DNA of 33,312 nucleotides from Octopus bimaculoides (GCF_001194135.2 NC_069000.1:17953880-17987191); one strand, 5' to 3'. Positions 12,025-24,170 are shown, numbered from the stretch's first letter. The notes: a model not told the origin generated them from the sequence alone. Numbers and translations: made by a program.

Positions 12025-12109
12025 GATCATTCAAGGGCAGTTCCTCTTGTGCCAGTTCCAGGATCCATTCTCAGTGAAGATGTTCATGCACCAATTCCAG
12101 ATTTATTTG
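12025..12109 (+). CDS. Coding exon C (phase 0/1): DHSRAVPLVPVPGSILSEDVHAPIPDLF
   Basis: Acceptor CATTTGCAG|GAT and donor TTTG|GTAAGA. The 85 nt are open, and the phase matches exon B upstream and exon D downstream. Confidence 0.75.
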
Positions 12110-12608
12110 GTAAGATTTGTTTAGTTCGAAACCTGTTTCTTGTGCTGTGGTTTATGGCAGGGCGAAGCAGAGTTCAGGGTTCGTGGTTGAGTTTATCATA
12201 TGTAAATGTCTCCCATCAGCATCTTTACCAACACTTTACAGACTTTTAACTGGTAGCACTTGCACCTATGAATTGTTTGCATATAAAGCCCATAGACAGG
12301 GTTGTGTGGTAAGAAGTTTCCTTCTCATGATGAGTATATTGGACTTCATATATATATCTACCCCAGTGTCACTTTGATGGCAAGCACTACCCTTTCACTT
12401 AATAATAATAATAATCCTTTCTACTAAAGGCACAAGGCCTGAAATTTTGGAGGATGGGACTAGTTGATTACATCAACCCCAGAACCCTGAAAGGATGAAA
12501 GGCAAAGTTAACCTTGGCAGAATTTGAACTCAGAATGTAGTGACACACAAAATACTGCTGAGCATTTCGCCTGGTGTGCCAATGATTCTGCCAGCTTGCT
12601 GCCTTGTG

Positions 12609-12649
<41 letters not shown>

Positions 12650-13010
12650 TAGTAATTGTCCTGATGCAGTACCAAGTAGTGGCTTTCATGGCTTCTGATC
12701 TTAACTGATTGGAAGTGTTATCATGTACATTGTTTTGTCTTGGTAAATGAATCTTCAAGGCAGTGCCCCAGCATGATTCATTTGGCTAAAAATTGTCTGA
12801 AATTGCTGGTCTTGTGTCTATATTATTGTTTTTTGGTCATATAAAATCTGAAGCACCTGATGGTGATTCCTGTCAAATTGGTTGAAGCCGCTTCATTTGA
12901 CTAACCTTGGTCAAAGTATAAACCACACAACATCTCACTTCTCTGCTTTCTTAAAAATATGTTCCTTATTAATTAATCAACAAATTAAATTAATTTATTT
13001 AAACTTTCAG

Positions 13011-13104
13011 ATGACATGTACAATTCTGATGAAGCTGACTTCCCTTCAGACCCCTTACTGCAGTACCTTCGTAAGCTGCGATCACATTATCAAAAAAGGA
13101 TCAG
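13011..13104 (+). CDS. Coding exon D (phase 1/2): DDMYNSDEADFPSDPLLQYLRKLRSHYQKRI
   Basis: Acceptor AAACTTTCAG|AT and donor CAG|GTTTGT. The 94 nt are open only in the phase supplied by exon C. Confidence 0.8.
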
Positions 13105-13304
13105 GTTTGTATAAATGTATTCACACACCCATTCGCACACATATATGATGGGCTTTTTACAGTTTAAACATACCAAAACCATTCACAAGACTTTGGTTGC
13201 TCTGTGGACATAGTAGAAGACATGTCTAAGGTGCCATGTGGTTGGGAAGCTGAATTCTTAGTCTCACAGCCTTGCCTGCCCCACACACATATAAAGAGTA
13301 AAGA

Positions 13305-13630
13305 CCCCCTTTAGTCATGAATGACCATCGGGTTGCACCTCGAAAGTTACACTCCGAGGCACAAGTCTGGGCAAAGTTGTTTACAGAAGACCAGCAGTTG
13401 CCCATGCATACCAGCCTCCCCTCTTCACACCACCAATGTTATCCAAGGCAAAGGCGAAGGCTGATACAGCTTGGAACCAAGTGATGTTGCAACTCATTTC
13501 TACAGCTGAGTGAACTGGAGCAATGTGAAATAAAATATCTTGCCCAAGCACACACAACACAGCCTTGTCTAGGAATCAAACTCACTACCTCATGATTGTG
13601 AGCTTGATGCTCTAACCACTGAGCCATGGG
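13305..13630 (-). mobile_element. tRNA-derived SINE, third family (3' part recurs at about 31945-32045 on +)
   Basis: Minus-strand head ATGGCTCAGTGGTTAGAGCATCAAGCTCACAATCATGAGGTAGTGAGTTTGATTCC is tRNA-like with A and B boxes. The tail TGCAACCCGATGGTCATTCATGACTAAAGGGGGTC matches 32008-32043. Confidence 0.7.
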
Positions 13631-13643
13631 CCTTCACACACAC

Positions 13644-13688
<45 letters not shown>

Positions 13689-13924
13689 TACAAAGTTTAT
13701 TGTTCCATTAAGGTAAGACCAATAAAAAAAGAGCTCCATCCAGTGAGAGATAAACATCATCATTTAATGCACACGGTATAAAGATACAAGCTACTAATAG
13801 TTTCTTGCTTGGTGATGCGGGTGTAGGCAGGCAGGTTTTCATAACACACCTTGTGTCTCCAAGTAATCTTCAAGGTGTATGTGAATGTATATGTATATAT
13901 ATGTGTGTGTGTGTGGTGTGTATA

Positions 13925-14158
13925 TACCATTTTGAGCGTGGCCATTGCCAGTACCGCCTGACTGGCCTTTGTGCGGGTAACACGTAAAAGCACCCACTAC
14001 ACTCTTGGAATGGTTGGCGTTAGGAAGGGCATCCAGCTGTAGAAACTCTGCCAAATCAGATTGGAGCCTGGTGTAACTATCTGGTTTCACCAGTCCTCAG
14101 TCAAATCGTCCAACCCATGCTAGCATAGAAAGCAGACGTTAAACGATGATGATGATGA
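13925..14158 (+). mobile_element. RTE-tailed repeat copy, same family as 5011-5400
   Basis: Reverse complement of the 14710-14950 sequence; ends in GTTAAACGATGATGATGATGAT. Confidence 0.8.
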
Positions 14159-14709
14159 TTATGTATATGATATTGTTTTGAATGCAGGACTGCCATTAGA
14201 ACATCAGAAATACTGGGTAAATTACCCTTAAAAAGTGGAAAAATNNNNNNNNNNNNNNNNNNNNNNNNNNNNNNNNNNNNNNNNNNNNNNNNNNNNNNNN
14301 NNNNNNNNNNNNNNNNNNNNNNNNNNNNNNNNNNNNNNNNNNNNNNNNNNNNNNNNNNNNNNNNNNNNNNNNNNNNNNNNNNNNNNNNNNNNNNNNNNNN
14401 NNNNNNNNNNNNNNNNNNNNNNNNNNNNNNNNNNNNNNNNNNNNNNNNNNNNNNNNNNNNNNNNNNNNNNNNNNNNNNNNNNNNNNNNNNNNNNNNNNNN
14501 NNNNNNNNNNNNNNNNNNNNNNNNNNNNNNNNNNNNNNNNNNNNNNNNNNNNNNNNNNNNNNNNNNNNNNNNNNNNNNNNNNNNNNNNNNNNNNNNNNNN
14601 NNNNNNNNNNNNNNNNNNNNNNNNNNNNNNNNNNNNNNNNNNNNNNNNNNNNNNNNNNNNNNNNNNNNNNNNNNNNNNNNNNNNNACATACATACATATA
14701 TATATATGC

Positions 14710-15012
14710 ATCATCATCATCATCATCGTTTAACGTCCGCTTTCCATGCTAGCATGGGTTAGACGATTTGACTGAGGACTGGTGAAACCGGATGGCAACA
14801 CCAGCATCCAATCTTATTTGGCAGAGTTTCTACAGCTGGATGCCCTTCCTAACGCCAACCACTCAGAGTGTAGTGGGTGCTTTTACGTGTCACCCGCACA
14901 AAGGCCAGTCAGGTGGTACTGGCAACGGCCACGCTCAAGATGGTGTATTTTATGTGCCACCCACACAAGAGCCAGTCCAGGGGCACTGGCAACGATCTCG
15001 CTCGAAAATCCT
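14710..15012 (-). mobile_element. RTE-tailed repeat copy, same family as 5011-5400
   Basis: Aligns almost base for base with 5011-5311. Confidence 0.8.
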
Positions 15013-17027
15013 ATATATATATACTGGTAACTCATGATGAAATTTGGACCATTAATCTTGTTGCTTCAACATTGTATTAATATACATAACATGGCAAATT
15101 GGCTGAATTGTTAGAATGCTGAGTGAAATGCTTCGCAGCATTTCATCCATCTTTACGTTCTGAGTTCTGCCTTTCTTTTCCATCCTTTTGGGGGTCAATA
15201 AAAGAACTACCTGTTGAATTCTGAGGTTGATGGTATCAATTTATTCTCTCCCCTGAAATTGCTGGCCTTGCGCCAAAATTTGAGAACCAATATAACTCTA
15301 GGACAGTTGTATCTGCGGTGCTCTCTGCCTCTATAACTGTATGGTCCCAAAAGCCACTTTTTACCACCCTGGGGTGTCTTTACCATAATTCTCTCCTACT
15401 TACCTCATTCTATCACTCCCTCATCACTTCTACACCAAACCTTCATGCTTTCACCTTGTTCCACCATCCTACTGCTCTTTATCTCTGTTAATTGTTTTTT
15501 CTCTCACTCTTTCTCTCTGTCTTCCTCTGTCTCTCTTACAGTCTCTGCCTCTCTCTCTCTTTTACTCCATACCTTCTTTGTTTCTCTTTCTTCAAACATT
15601 TCCCACCTATCTTTCTCTCTCTCTCTTTATCTTGCATTCTCTTTAACTTTCCCCAATTATAGCAAGATGGGGCCAATTCTATTGAAAAATAAACCCCCAA
15701 ACAACCCTTTGAGCTTTTCTCCTCCTTCCTACAGCACTATCTTTCAAAGACCTACAGAGAGAGAGAGAGAAAGTAATGTTATAATTCAGCATGTTGTTCT
15801 TAAACTGTTCTCCTCTTCTGTTTATATACAAGGCAGGAGTGTGTTGAACCAGATGTTTGCCAGTAGTCTGTGGCAAAGGTTGCCCCTACATCTTCCCCAG
15901 TCATTCTCCATCTTTTGCTCCTCCCTGTGGGAGGGATATGGCAGGGATGGTGGGCCTGGATTGTTCTTTTGTGTTTTTGTTTTGTCTATAAATCTGTTTC
16001 CAACAAATTAAGCTCAACAAAGGAACCACTATGTGGTTAAGTGACTAGTTAGAAATAACAGCCAAATCTCCCTCGAATCACACCTTACTGTAATAAAAAA
16101 AAAATGCATGTTGATTAGTATAATTCTAGATACACTTTTACACTGTGTATATAACAAATCCAGATTAGGGGGTTGTGGCTGTAATGCTTTGGGTCATAGG
16201 TTTCATAGGTTTGTTCCATTAGGATTGGTTTGTATGACATAACGTCAACAACAGCTATAAGCACGTAGTGTACATATGTATGGTTTATATATATATATAC
16301 TCTTTTAATCTTTTACTTGTTTCAGTCATTTGACTGTGGCCATGCTGGAGCACCGCCTTTAGTTGAGCAAATCGACCCCAGGACTTATTCTTTGTAAGCC
16401 TAGTACTTATTCTAGCGGTCTCTTTTGCCGAACCGCTAAGTTACAGGGACGTAAACACACCAGCATCGGTTGTCAAGTGATGTTGGGGGGACAAACACAA
16501 ACACACAAACATACACACACACACACATATATATATATATACATATATACGATGGACTTCTTTCAGTTTCTGTCTACCAAATCCACTCACAAGGCTTTGG
16601 TCGGCCCGAAGCTATATTAGAAGACACTTGCCTAAGGTGCCACGCAGTGGGACTGAAACCAGAACCATGTGGTTGGTAAGCAAGCTGCTTACCACACAGC
16701 CACTTATTGTTTACATTTTACTTTTTTTCAGTCATTAGACTGCAGCCATGCTGGGTTAATGCCGTGAAGGGTTTCATTGAACAAATCAACCCCAGTACTT
16801 ATTTCTTTTTTTTTGACCCTTTAGTATTGAGATTACTCTGTCAAATGTTATGCTTATTTTTTCGCACTGTCTTGAATTAATCATCCATTATCTTGTGGTG
16901 TCAAGAATTTGATAATGTGATTGCTTGCTTTTCCTAAGACATTGTAGAATAGGTGTAAGATGTTGGATCTGGACAGTTTGAGTGTAAAAGAGGCAGAATA
17001 TTTTGGCCAGATATGGTCGGTTTAAAT

Positions 17028-17165
17028 GCTAAAAGTTCCTGGCTTTAAGGGTGTCGTGAAAGGCCTGGTTGGAGGCTCAACCTTCCGAGTTCTACAGGGC
17101 CTAGAAAAACTGAAGGACTGCTGTAATGAGTGTGTGAATCTAAGAGGGGAATATGTTGAATAAAA
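17028..17165 (+). mobile_element. Non-autonomous mariner remnant carrying the transposase C-terminus
   Basis: Encodes LEKLKDCCNECVNLRGEYVE*, resembling the mariner end W..CV...G.YVE*. Its first ~55 bp recur at 22585-22635. Confidence 0.6.
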
Positions 17166-17254
17166 TTACAATTAACTGATCCTCTTGTATTTTCTTTTAT
17201 CTAAAGTTAAGAATTTTTCAGCACCCCCTCGTAAGCACATGCGGCCATATACTC

Positions 17255-17259
<5 letters not shown>

Positions 17260-17286
<27 letters not shown>

Positions 17287-17771
17287 TTAAGGGTAATGGT
17301 GGTGATGAAGATGGTGGCTGCAACTGTGGTTATTATGGTGCTGTTGAATGTGATAGGATTAATGATGGTAGTGGTGGTGGTGGTGGTGGTGGTGATAATG
17401 GCAGTGAGGAGTATGCTATCTTCTGCTTACTCATGCACATATGCAAACACCTTCTGCCCTAGTTTGGCCACCCACTTGACTTTTGAGTTCTGTGTGTGCA
17501 TGTATGTACATATGTATGTATCTGTATGTACGCGTGTGTGTGTGTGTGTTTATTTTATATATATGTATGTGTGTGTGGGTGTGTATGTGTTGTGTGTATG
17601 TGTTATATGTATGTATATATATATATATATATATATATGTAAAATATATATTACTTTCTGTATACATACTCACATATACATATACAGACACACATACATA
17701 CATATATGCATGTATGTATGTATGTATGTGAGTATGTATATAGAAAGTAGTGTATGCATATGTACATACTA

Positions 17772-17838
<67 letters not shown>

Positions 17839-18172
17839 ACCATTTATATAAAGGAGGAGAGAGGTTCAGAAGTCACAGGAAGAAAAGATGAAAGAGTCTC
17901 AGGAAACTGTGTGTGTGTGTTTGTGGTGGGCTAATCTGGAATATTTATTTTATCTATTTTCTGCCTAAGGTCATCACATCCCATGTGGTAAAGTGGTGCT
18001 GGTGGTGGTGTTGATGGTGGGGATGGCAATGGTGTTACATCTACTTGTGAAGTTGATGGTAACAGTGGTGGTGGTGGTGGAGCTGTAGTATTTATTTATT
18101 TGCATTTTTTGTTGTTGTATTGTTTTTTTCTTTATATTAAATATTTATGTTAATGGCTCATACCTTTAATGT

Positions 18173-18229
<57 letters not shown>
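17260..18229. repeat. Microsatellite-rich block: (CA)n, (GGT)n, (TA)n, (TATG)n, (GT)n
   Basis: Direct reading, e.g. (GT)n at about 17776-17836 and (CA)n at about 18175-18229. Confidence 0.9.
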
Positions 18230-18773
18230 NNNNNNNNNNNNNNNNNNNNNNNNNNNNNNNNNNNNNNNNNNNNNNNNNNNNNNNNNNNNNNNNNNNNNNN
18301 NNNNNNNNNNNNNNNNNNNNNNNNNNNNNNNNNNNNNNNNNNNNNNNNNNNNNNNNNNNNNNNNNNNNNNNNNNNNNNNNNNNNNNNNNNNNNNNNNNNN
18401 NNNNNNNNNNNNNNNNNNNNNNNNNNNNNNNNNNNNNNNNNNNNNNNNNNNNNNNNNNNNNNNNNNNNNNNNNNNNNNNNNNNNNNNNNNNNNNNNNNNN
18501 NNNNNNNNNNNNNNNNNNNNNNNNNNNNNNNNNNNNNNNNNNNAAAAAAAAAATGAGCTAAGGAAAATAATTAGGCATTAAAATCAACTTTGCGATATTA
18601 ACTTTTAATTTCTTGAAGTTATCTCCCCTTCTCTTTGAGAGTCGCTAACAATTGTTAAGTTTTCATTTTCTTCAGTTTAGGAAGAAACTTCAATAAATTT
18701 GAATTTATTGCTGATGGCATGCAGTGCATCAGCTTTTAGCTGAAGGAGTTGTATGCATGCATATGTGTGTATG

Positions 18774-18810
<37 letters not shown>

Positions 18811-18893
18811 TTCACCACCTAAAATTCATTTTTAAAAGAAAATTAATTTCGTTACATCAGTTAATCTTAATCAACATTAATCTTTGTTTTCAG

Positions 18894-18972
18894 AGATGTT
18901 GATAGAAAACTCAAAAATCTCCACCCACAAGAGATGGTCCAACTTGAAGATCCTTGTACCAGGAATATCTGA
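18894..18972 (+). CDS. Terminal coding exon E (phase 2 to stop): RDVDRKLKNLHPQEMVQLEDPCTRNI*
   Basis: Acceptor TCTTTGTTTTCAG|A. Split codon AG+A gives Arg and continues the helical RKLRSHYQKRIRDVDRKL segment; TGA at 18970-18972. Confidence 0.8.
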
Positions 18973-18994
18973 CATCTGAGTGACTAGAGATTGG

Positions 18995-19355
18995 ACACTT
19001 ACTCTCTGGAACTTTCCAGTAAATATTGTCATCATTGTTGTCATCACCGTTATCACTACTGTGATTCTTGCTGTTATTGTCCTCCTCCTCCTGCTCCTCT
19101 CATTATCATTACAGTCGTTGTCATCTTCATTGTTGTTGTCATCTTTGTCATCATAGTCATCATCATCACCATCATCAACATTATCAACATCATGATTGTT
19201 GTTGTCATTGTCCTCCTTTTTCTTCTCCCCTCCTCCTCCTCATTATCATCATCTTCATCGTTGACATTATCTTTATCTTCATTGTTTTTGTAATCTTTGT
19301 CATCATTGTCATTGTAGTCATTGTTATTGTCATCATCGTCATCATCATCATTATA
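18995..19355. repeat. Degenerate (TCA/TGT/CCT)n trinucleotide low-complexity tract in the 3' UTR
   Basis: Direct reading; it accounts for ORFs 18991..19293, 19068..19445 and 19205..19408. Confidence 0.85.
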
Positions 19356-19522
19356 ATGTCCATTTCTTTATCTTGGAGTGGGCGGCAGAAATCATGTTTT
19401 TTTGCCATTTATATAAAACCTCAAGTTGGAGTGTTCCTTACCTAAGTGTGATGCCAGATGGAAGGATTCACTTAACCAAGGAAGAATTTCACAAAGCAAA
19501 TATTGGAACATGAAAAAAAAAC

Positions 19523-19707
19523 AATAAATACACTACATTACTCTACATTATTCAATGTTCCCTTCTACGAAACTGTGGTGCTCTGTATTACATTATACTG
19601 CAAAATGTTATGTGATGTTGATTTTGTAGTTACCTGGATATAACAGCAATAACAGAACCAGTAACAATAAACAAAATAAAAAGTAAACCATTTTATCATT
19701 CAATAAA
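19523..19707 (+). promoter_or_regulatory. Candidate polyadenylation signals of the gene
   Basis: AATAAA at 19523, 19666, 19675 and 19702, 0.55-0.75 kb downstream of the stop codon. The site actually used cannot be determined from sequence. Confidence 0.45.
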
Positions 19708-22257
19708 GATATTAGATACTAAATGAACATAGACTAATTAATTACATAATCCCAAGTTGTGTTGTACTGAGGAGCTCATAAAGAGGTCAAAATAACGTTA
19801 TCTACAATTACTAGAACACTTAAAATGATAAAAAAAAAGAAGTATTTGGAAATATTATTTCATATGCTCCCTCACTCATGAAAAATACCTCTCATGATAA
19901 AAACAAAAAAAAAAAATTATAAACTCTGAGCAGTTCTTTCACTTTAATGTTTTAGTAAACTCTCTCGACCTCCATACTCCGAAAGCAACTGTAGGTGGCA
20001 GTACCAACAGTCTCTTGTCAAATTTCTTTCATGTGTGTTAAACGTTGGTCGAATTTTGAATGCTACACACAAAACTGATGGTGGTGTGATGAAATATATT
20101 GGAAATTGATCCTAAGTCATCCAGACGGGATAAGCAACATGGAAATACGACCAGAGTTCCCACATTCGCACCCGAGAAAAGCACATAGGGGTTTTGTATA
20201 TAGTTTGTAGAGAAAACGGTAAACGTGTCCACATGAAGACTTATCAAACAAGGCGAATAAGTACTGGAGAAAAAAAAAGGTGGGTGGGGGGTGAAATAAA
20301 ACAAGATCCTTCAAAACTACAGAATGAAAACCTGAACACGTAAGAGACTTTCTTCTTATCACCCAATCTCATTCCCATTTCGTCTCTCCTCCGCTGTTAA
20401 AAGTAAAGAAAGTAGAAAATATCGATCATACTTGTGTATAATGTTAATTTAAATGACTCGAGACTTTCATTTCCCTGCCTCTGTCTCTTCACTTCTTTCC
20501 TTCAATGTTAAGATAGTAAGAAAAAAGAAGCGGGAGAAAAAAAATCGATTGTATATATTTCCTAAAGGTTTTAAATGAACATAGACCAACTAATTTTATG
20601 ATTCCAAGTTATGTTGTGCTGAGGAGACCATAAGAAGGGGCGAAATAACGTTATCTACAAATACTAGGGCACTTAAAATGAAAGATGGATTATTATTGGA
20701 AATATAAAAATGGAAATATTCCATATACTGTCTCATACGAAAGGATGGTTTTTTTATACGCATCAAATGGTTAAGGGGGTACAGTAGAGTGAAATAGGAA
20801 TCAAAAGAATCCATTGGCAAAAAAATGGTTGAGAATCACTGTACTATAGCCTTGATCTCATCAATGCTTTGTGAGAAAAATTTAATAAAAACCTATCGTG
20901 TGTGTATGTATGTATGTATGTATGTCTACATATGTACGTACATGTGTGCGTGCGCGCGCGCGCAGAATATTTCTTATCCTCTTCTTCACATTGACACTGT
21001 TTCGGCAGCAGTGACATTGTGTATGCCTCCTGTAAGAAAAAATCATCCGGCAGTTCTTTTGTTGATTGATCTCCAGTGCGTTTCATTCGAAAAGATTGAG
21101 AACCATCACTTTAACGAACGAACTTAGTATAGGGCAGAGAAGATTTATTAATCTTGCAGGGGACAAAGCAGCTTCTCTAGAGCAAGTGCCACGATGAAAG
21201 TGTATCCAGTATACACTGTAAAGTGCTTGGCAAACGAAAAGGGACATGTGTAAAGAAAACTTTTTATCGTCCGTGTATCTAATATTATTTTAATTTCAGG
21301 AAGATTTGGTTGTTATTTCTAGTATATCAAACGACCTTATACAAGCTTCCTCGATGGTTCGTGTTCAATCTCTTAGCGGTATTTCGTCTGCCGTTACGTT
21401 CTGAGTTCAAATTCCGCCGAGGTCGACTTTGCCTTTCATCCTTTCGGGGACGATTAAATAAGTACCAGTTGCGCACTGGAATCAATATAATCGACTTAAT
21501 CCCTATGTTTAGTCTCCTGTGGGCAATAAAGAAATAAATATTTTTAATCTCTGGGCTGGACGCTAGTAGAAACATTAGTTAGTGAACCTACTACCTTGCC
21601 CCTCCTCTCTACCGCCCGTCCTCCCGTTCGTTTGTCTGTCTGTCCGTCGGTTTGTCCGTCTGTCTGTTTTTCTTTTTGTTGTGTTTATATTAAACCGAAG
21701 AAAAGATTAGTGTTGCTAACGTTTGGGATTTAGAAACACAAAATAAGATATGAAAAAAGATCAAGTAGCTAGGCTCCCAGAACTGGCAATGGTACTTAAA
21801 TTTTGATGGGTTAAATCTCCCTCCTTCTACTTCGGGAGTGCGAAAACCACTTGCCTGCATTCAAGCTTGAAACCACCTGCTGATTAACAATCTAAAAAAT
21901 CCGTATGGGAATAAAATAAGGTTTAAGCCTTTAGACCAAAATAGACATTTTAGTTTGCGTATCTATGAATTTGTAAAATTAAAAATTCATTATTTTTCTT
22001 AGTACAGATATCCTCGTTCCCTTCCAAGTTAATTGCCCTTAAACAAACTGCGAGCTGTAATGAAACAATTTTGTTATATACCAGTCCGAGCCAAAATTTT
22101 TTCCGGATTTTCACTGATGATTTTTGGCAACTTGTATTTCCATGTTATATCATTAATTTGATACAACTTGTTCAATCGTTGCTGAATTGTTTATTTTCTA
22201 TTTTCATATGTAATACATAAACATTAGTTGTTGCTTCTTTATTTTACAGCTTCGATT

Positions 22258-23812
22258 ATGAGTTGTGGGAAAATTGCATATGGAGCCATTTTACGCTCTC
22301 TGTGGAAAAACGGACCGAGTGCAGGGACAGTGGCAGAAGAAATAATGATGTGGAAATCCCAGGAACTGTCAACAAACGCGTGGCACAAGACTAGTTTAAA
22401 GGTTACACCAGCCTCGAAGACAAACCAAGGTCAAGGAGACCTTCTGCTGTGGAAAATGAGGCCTTGCTTGAAATGGTTGTAGATATCCTGCCTCAACAAA
22501 TTCTATCTGACCCTAGCAAACATATTAACATGGATGATGATGATGATGTACACAAACACTCAGGCACATATGAGAGAGTGCTGAAAAGTTTCTGGTTTTA
22601 AGGGTGTCGTGAAAGGCCTGGTTGGTGGCCCAACAGCCGAGCAGAAATACAAGGACATTGTCGGCAGAACTTGGTCCTTCACAAAGCATCATTAATCGAC
22701 ACCCCATAAGTTAGGCCTTGTGAACAGATGCTGTTGAGAAGTTCCTCATAAACTGACCAATGAGCAGGCTTAACGATCTGTGAACATTTGCAAACAACTG
22801 CTGGCAAATCCTCGAAATGCCTTGTTTTTAGCGTTGAATTGTAACTGAGGATGAAAAATGATTCTATTTTCGCAATTCTAATAAGAGAACTCACTGGCTT
22901 CGTTCCGGCCAAGCTTCAGAACCTGTTGTCAAGCAATGGTGGTTTGAACAAACGGCCATGTTGTATGGTGAAGCTTCGAGGGGGTGTTGCACCTTGAGCA
23001 TGTCACAGACGGTTATGCTGTGGACGCTTATCTTCATGTTCAACAACTGCAGCGAGTATACAATGCTTTGAAAACCCACTACCCGGCATTGGTCAATCGA
23101 AGACACAGACTCGTACAGCATGACAATTGTTATGTATACCTATAATATAATGAAGGGTGAGAACTTACCCTATATTTTCCGAAGGTGGCGAGATAAACGT
23201 TTGACAACTACCGTTTGGCAGAAGGGAAATAACCTTGGTATGAATAGCCAAATATATATACAGGAAGTTAGCATAGTACGAGACAGGTAACCTCGTTCAC
23301 TTCCTGTTAACGAGCAAGGCAGGTAATCTCGTACTTCCTGTTAAAAAGGGGAGTGGGGAAGACAGCGGGAGCTTGGCGCGGATAGTACCAAGACGAGAGA
23401 CTGAGCTGCATACGGGTCGGGCCGTTCACCACCTACCTTGAAACAATTGAGACTGGACATAATCTCCATCTATGAACATTTACTTCTCTGTATGAACACT
23501 TTGTTGTTGCGATCAGAAGTTTACCCCTTTTTTCTTACATTATAATTTGTCTGATCGTAACACAATGCCTTAGCATGCACTGCCAATGTGACAAAGGGAA
23601 AATTTGAGGAACTCGAGGGGTTGGAAGTGCTGCTTCACCCTGCTTACAGTCCAGGCCTTGCACCATCAGATTATCACCTTTTCCGAGCCATGGCTCATTT
23701 CCTGCACGGACAGAAGTTGAAAGATGTGGATGAGGTTGAAAACGGATGCAGGGAGTTTTTTTGCCTCTTAACCAGCCAAATGGTATAAGCGTGGAATTGA
23801 GGTTCTGGCACA
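22258..23812 (+). pseudogene. Decayed mariner transposase in three pieces (22258-22479, 22632-23127, 23567-23812), truncated by the assembly gap
   Basis: Motifs TSLEDKPRSRRPS (HTH), VPHKLT (WVPHEL), IVTEDEK* (first D), QHDNA (second D) and HPAYSPGLAPSDYHLF (YSPDLAPSDY, third D). It has stops and frameshifts and two insertions. Confidence 0.9.
23128..23562. mobile_element. Solo LTR (435 bp) with 4-bp TSD CAAT
   Basis: Termini TGTTATG...CGTAACA (TG..CA, 7-bp imperfect inverted repeat). CAAT lies at 23124-23127 and 23563-23566. Removing it restores CAT GAC AAT GCC (HDNA) of the transposase. Confidence 0.85.
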
Positions 23813-24170
23813 NNNNNNNNNNNNNNNNNNNNNNNNNNNNNNNNNNNNNNNNNNNNNNNNNNNNNNNNNNNNNNNNNNNNNNNNNNNNNNNNNNNNNNNN
23901 NNNNNNNNNNNNNNNNNNNNNNNNNNNNNNNNNNNNNNNNNNNNNNNNNNNNNNNNNNNNNNNNNNNNNNNNNNNNNNNNNNNNNNNNNNNNNNNNNNNN
24001 NNNNNNNNNNNNNNNNNNNNNNNNNNNNNNNNNNNNNNNNNNNNNNNNNNNNNNNNNNNNNNNNNNNNNNNNNNNAGTTATCCCTAGATTGATCAATTTC
24101 TGGATTAGCCTAATGGCTTTTGCTCGTCAGCAGAGCTTACAGAAGGAAATAAATGAAATATTTATACATA

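Noticed and set aside
15445-16011. 188-aa ORF
   Set aside because: Built largely from a (CT)-rich low-complexity tract; no motifs and no splice sites that fit the gene's phase.
17185-17772. 195-aa ORF
   Set aside because: Translation of (CA)n, (GGT)n, (GT)n and (TA)n microsatellites.
20038-20362. First exon or promoter of a neighbouring gene (CpG-containing non-repeat DNA, GTAAGA donor-like words)
   Set aside because: Only short ORFs with no recognisable motif and no downstream exon to join.
22078-24110. Terminal inverted repeats of the mariner element
   Set aside because: The candidate left end (about 22078) and the sequence after the gap (about 24076-24112) do not match each other; the true right end is probably inside the gap.
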